Position numbers and translations under genes: made by a program. A stretch of DNA of 64,000 nt from Candidatus Eiseniibacteriota bacterium (GTDB lineage: Bacteria; Eisenbacteria; RBG-16-71-46; CAVPCR01): assembly GCA_963702435.1 (NCBI GenBank), contig CAVPCR010000001.1:704001-768000 (forward strand), read 5' to 3'. The stretch's first letter is position 1, and each line of letters opens with the position of its first letter. This document shows, in pieces, positions 60,622 through 64,000 of the stretch. Under the pieces are notes generated by a model. It had not been told where the DNA came from. It did not search any database and saw only the letters and a program-made list of their open reading frames with translations.

Positions 60622-61802
60622 TAGGGCCGGGCTTCCGCGTTCGGCCCGGACGGCCGACCGAAGTGGAGCCGCCGGCGAATGCGCGCGGTGACCTGCTCGG
60701 CGGGGCTCAGGAGCGAGCGGGCCGCCTCGGAGTCATCCATCGCGATGATGGCCACCGCGTAGTTGTCGGCGCGCGAGAGCGGGGAACGCAGGTTCAAGGG
60801 CAGTGGCTGGAGCACCGGCAGGACCTTGCTCACCCGCCCGTAGAGGCGGCCGGCCGGCGCCTTGGCGATCACCTCGACGCGAGCTCCCGCGACGTGCAGC
60901 CTGTCGCCGGACGCCAGGTACGCCTCCACCCACAAGGTCTCGTTCCGCATCACGCGCAGGATCGGGCCGCCTCCCGGCACGAACTCCCCTTCCTTGCGCA
61001 GCACCCCGGTCACGATGCCGTCGTGATCGGCGACCACCCGGAGCGCGGCGAGGGTCGCCGCCAGCCGCTCCCGCTCGCCTTCCTTCTCCTGTCGCTTGAT
61101 CTCGAGATCGGTGATGAGCGTCGTCCGCTCCTCCCTGAGCTTGGCGAGCCGATTGCGATGGAGTGCGAGCACCTGCTCGAGCTCGTCCACCTTGGCCGCG
61201 AGCCCCTCCCGGCGAGCCACCGCTCCGGCGTACTGCGACTCGGCCTCGACGAAGCCGCGCCGCCGCTCCTCGAGCTCGGCCGCCGTGAGCGCGCCGGCCG
61301 CGCGCAGCTCCTCGCCGCGCAGCTTGCGCTCGAGGGCGAGATCGCGCAGCTCCTTCTCGCTCGGCAGCACTTGCTCGATCGCCGTGCGGTCCGCCCGCGC
61401 GGTGCGGAGCTGGCTCTCCGTCTGCGCGATCGCGGTCTCGAGCTCGAAGCGCCGCCGCTCGATGCCCAGCTCCGACTGCTCCGCGCGGAGCGAGCGCGCG
61501 ATCTCCTCGAGATCGTGCTCGACCGCGGCGAGCTGCGTCCGGAGATCCTCGCTCTCGATGACCACGAGCTCGTCCCCGCGGCTGTAGGCCTCGTTCTCCC
61601 GGCGGAGGATGCGCGCGATCGTGCCGGCGGCGGCGCTCGAGATCTCGTACTCGTCGCCGACCACGAAGGCCGGCCAGTCCCGGTAGGTGAAATGGGTCAC
61701 CGCCGAGATCAACGCCACGAGGAGCACGGCGCCGATCGCGATCTTGACCGCCCGGCGGCGGCTGAGCGAGAGCGGAACGGGGGTCTTCTCTCCGAGCTGC
61801 AT
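60621..61802 (-). CDS. HlyD-family membrane fusion protein
   Basis: N-terminal TM helix, lipoyl half-motifs, long coiled coil, VVADHDGIV..V..KEGEFV..G.PIL. Confidence 0.85.
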   Translation of the reverse strand: MQLGEKTPVPLSLSRRRAVKIAIGAVLLVALISAVTHFTYRDWPAFVVGDEYEISSAAAGTIARILRRENEAYSRGDELVVIESEDLRTQLAAVEHDLEEIARSLRAEQSELGIERRRFELETAIAQTESQLRTARADRTAIEQVLPSEKELRDLALERKLRGEELRAAGALTAAELEERRRGFVEAESQYAGAVARREGLAAKVDELEQVLALHRNRLAKLREERTTLITDLEIKRQEKEGERERLAATLAALRVVADHDGIVTGVLRKEGEFVPGGGPILRVMRNETLWVEAYLASGDRLHVAGARVEVIAKAPAGRLYGRVSKVLPVLQPLPLNLRSPLSRADNYAVAIIAMDDSEAARSLLSPAEQVTARIRRRLHFGRPSGPNAEARP

Positions 61803-61816
61803 GGATCGGCCGTGGG

Positions 61817-63322
61817 CTAGAGGTCCGGCGGTCCGGGTTTGGGTGTGGCCTCCGCCATCCGCTCGCTCGACGGCGCCGGGGAGGCGGCCGCCGCGAGCGT
61901 GACGGGATCGGCTCCCGCGGCCATGGCGCGCTCGAAGTAGCGGCGGGCGAGCTCGCCCCGGGCGACCGCCACCTCCATCTCGGCGTCGATCACCTCGAGC
62001 TCGGCGTCGATGACCTCGATATCCTGCTCGATCTCGGCCGTTCCCACATCGGTCGCCCGGAGCCCGGCCACCCGCCGGTCCTCCGCGCGGAGCGCGAGCT
62101 CGGCCTCGGCGGCCGCGAGCCGGGCCGCCGCCTCATCGTGCGCCAGGGAGGCCGCGGTCGCCCGTCCCGCCGCTTCCCGCTCGATGGCGAGGATGGCGAG
62201 GCGCTGGCGTTCGTAACGTGCTTCGACCTGCTTGGAAAAGGACTGGCCGGAGCGCCAGAGCTCGAGCGGGAACTCGAGGGTCACTTCGACCCCGGGGATG
62301 TGCCCTTCCTCGCTGTCATCTTCATCGGCAAAGGTGCGGTCGCGGGAGGCGAACGAGTAGAAGAAGCGCAGGTCGATCTCGGGAAGATTATACCAGACGC
62401 TCGAGCGCGGACCGCGGCGGAGCGGCGGTTCGACCGGGGCGACCGCGGCCGGGGGTGCGCCCGGCGCCGGCATCATCTTCGACCAGTCGAGCGCGGTGGC
62501 CCGGAAGGGCCCCGGCGCCTCGCCGTCGACCATCACGCCGAGATAGGCCGTGAGCTCCACCTCGAGGCGCGCGCCTTCCGCGGCGTCGGCCCGGCGGCCG
62601 GCGAGGTCGGCCTTCGCGGCGAGCACGTCCCGCCGGAGGCTCTCGCCGCGCTCCGCGCGCTGCTCGAGGATCCGGACCTTGCGCTCGGTGAGCGCTATCG
62701 CACGCGCGCGGAGCTCGCGATGCCGCTGCTCGGCGCCGAGGTCGACGTAGGCACCGATCAGGCCGATGGTCGCCTCGCTGCGGGCGGCGGCGGCGCTCTC
62801 CTCGAGCTCGATGATCCGCAGCTCCTGGTTCGCGGTGAGGAGGCGATCCTCGACCGACTGGCCGAGGAGCGGGTGCGTGATCGAGAAGGTCAACCGCCGG
62901 CGGATGTCCTCGAGCTCCCCTTCCTTGATGTTGTCGCCGTTCACCTCGTAGCGGTCCACCTCCTCTTCGCTGTAGTTCCCCTCCACCTCGACCTGGAAAG
63001 CCCGGCTCGCTTTAAGGTGGGTGATCTCGGCCTCCGCCTCCTCGCGGCGCAGATCGATGCGCCGCACCTCGATCAGCCGGCCGGACGTGCTCGCCAGCAA
63101 CTCATGGAGGCTGAGCGCAGGAAGCTGCGCCAGCGGGACCGGCCCCGGTGCTGGGCTCGCAGCGGACGGCGGGGGATCGGCGGCGGCCGTTCCCGGGGCG
63201 GCGGCGGCCGTTCCCGGGGCGGCGCCGGCCCAGACCGGCGCGGCGAGGACGAGCGCGAGCGCCGCTCCGGGCAGGGTGCGGCGGCGGCGGGAGATCCGGC
63301 GGGAAGGGGCAGGATACGACAT
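61817..63322 (-). CDS. TolC-family outer membrane protein (divergent)
   Basis: Signal peptide, two OEP-like repeats (SITHPL..AYVDL; LPEIDL...VTLEFPL), adjacent to the HlyD gene. Confidence 0.75.
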   Translation of the reverse strand: MSYPAPSRRISRRRRTLPGAALALVLAAPVWAGAAPGTAAAAPGTAAADPPPSAASPAPGPVPLAQLPALSLHELLASTSGRLIEVRRIDLRREEAEAEITHLKASRAFQVEVEGNYSEEEVDRYEVNGDNIKEGELEDIRRRLTFSITHPLLGQSVEDRLLTANQELRIIELEESAAAARSEATIGLIGAYVDLGAEQRHRELRARAIALTERKVRILEQRAERGESLRRDVLAAKADLAGRRADAAEGARLEVELTAYLGVMVDGEAPGPFRATALDWSKMMPAPGAPPAAVAPVEPPLRRGPRSSVWYNLPEIDLRFFYSFASRDRTFADEDDSEEGHIPGVEVTLEFPLELWRSGQSFSKQVEARYERQRLAILAIEREAAGRATAASLAHDEAAARLAAAEAELALRAEDRRVAGLRATDVGTAEIEQDIEVIDAELEVIDAEMEVAVARGELARRYFERAMAAGADPVTLAAAASPAPSSERMAEATPKPGPPDL

Positions 63323-63393
63323 GCGACTCACCTCGTCGGGCCGCGGGTCCCGCCCACCCGCGGCGCGCGGGCCCGGCGGCTGCGGGCTCGAGC

Positions 63394-63645
63394 TCAGCGC
63401 TTGGACCTGCTTTGAAGCAGCTTCGCGATCAGATCGATCGCTTCCTTCACCTCGGGGAAACGCCCCTGAGCCAGCTTCGAGAACACGAGCTCGTCGTCGA
63501 CGAGGAGCTCGAAGCGTCCTCCGTCGCTCGGTACGAGCTGCCACTCCGCGACCTCCCACTTGAACCTGGGCAGGGCCTTGTCCATCAAACTGATGGCCTT
63601 GGGTTCGTAGTTTCAGCTGGCGCAGTAGATGAGCTTGACCTTCAT
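63394..63645 (-). CDS. Rdx/SelW-family selenoprotein (CxxU)
   Basis: GAGGAGG RBS, MKVKLIYCAS-UGA(63613-63615)-NYEPKA...LVPSDGGRFELLVDDELVFSKLAQGRFPE; SECIS-like hairpin downstream. Confidence 0.92.
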
Positions 63646-63697
63646 GCGATCCTCCTCGCGTCCCGCGGCAACCCGACGCGCTCGCCGGTGCCGTGGG

Positions 63698-64000
63698 CTA
63701 GCCGGGCTTCTTGCCCGGCGCCGGCGTCTCCATCTTCACGTAGCCGGCCGGCAGGTCGAAGAGCTCGGCCGGCAGGTCCTTGCTCTCGATCCTGGTCATC
63801 TCGGTCGTCATCGCCAGAATGACCTGGCGGCCCTCGCCATGGGCGGGGGCCGGGGAGCTCAAACCCGCCACGCCAGCCCGGGCGTCGATCTCGAGGGACA
63901 GGACGGTGCGGATGGCCGTGCCGTCGAGCTTCTTCATCTCCTCGGCGAGCCGCTTCATGAGATGGCTGAAGGGATTCTCGGCACCCCCCGGTCCAGCCAG
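63698..64000 (-). CDS. C-terminus of a DUF4412-like protein (partial)
   Basis: KLDGTAIRT...TTEMTRIESKDLPAELFDLPAGY terminal motif. Confidence 0.65.
   Translation of the reverse strand: MAGPGGAENPFSHLMKRLAEEMKKLDGTAIRTVLSLEIDARAGVAGLSSPAPAHGEGRQVILAMTTEMTRIESKDLPAELFDLPAGYVKMETPAPGKKPG

Overview
A 64-kb stretch of a high-GC (roughly 70% by eye) diderm bacterial chromosome. The gene content suggests an uncultured lineage such as Ca. Eisenbacteria or a relative (inference). Most of the window is housekeeping or envelope genes: gltX, erpA-like, a carD paralog, fabI, pruA/rocA, thiO-like, yhhQ, glgP, fdxA, purM, oppABC, ppiA, nadA, TolC/HlyD, plus a fluoride riboswitch controlling DUF190-crcB. 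No rRNA, tRNA, CRISPR array or classical IS was recognised. Main points of interest: (1) a three-gene island between purM and oppA with a 69-aa Pup/UBact-like tag ending LEQPNGE, a highly divergent PafA-type ligase and a convergent SorC-type regulator, with no proteasome, ATPase or Dop gene nearby; (2) a small secreted peptide gene coupled to a TPR-sigma54 activator with a low-GC sensor half, resembling an RRNPP-style peptide signalling pair with sigma54 output; (3) a DUF222-like/HNH element with its own promoter, a structured leader, an internal 41-bp repeat and a G-rich to C-rich switch; (4) an Rdx-family selenoprotein (CxxU plus SECIS-like hairpin) truncated in the ORF track; (5) two tandem lipoproteins sharing a near-identical lyase/LamG-like domain. 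Several single-base frameshifts suggest the assembly may carry indel errors.
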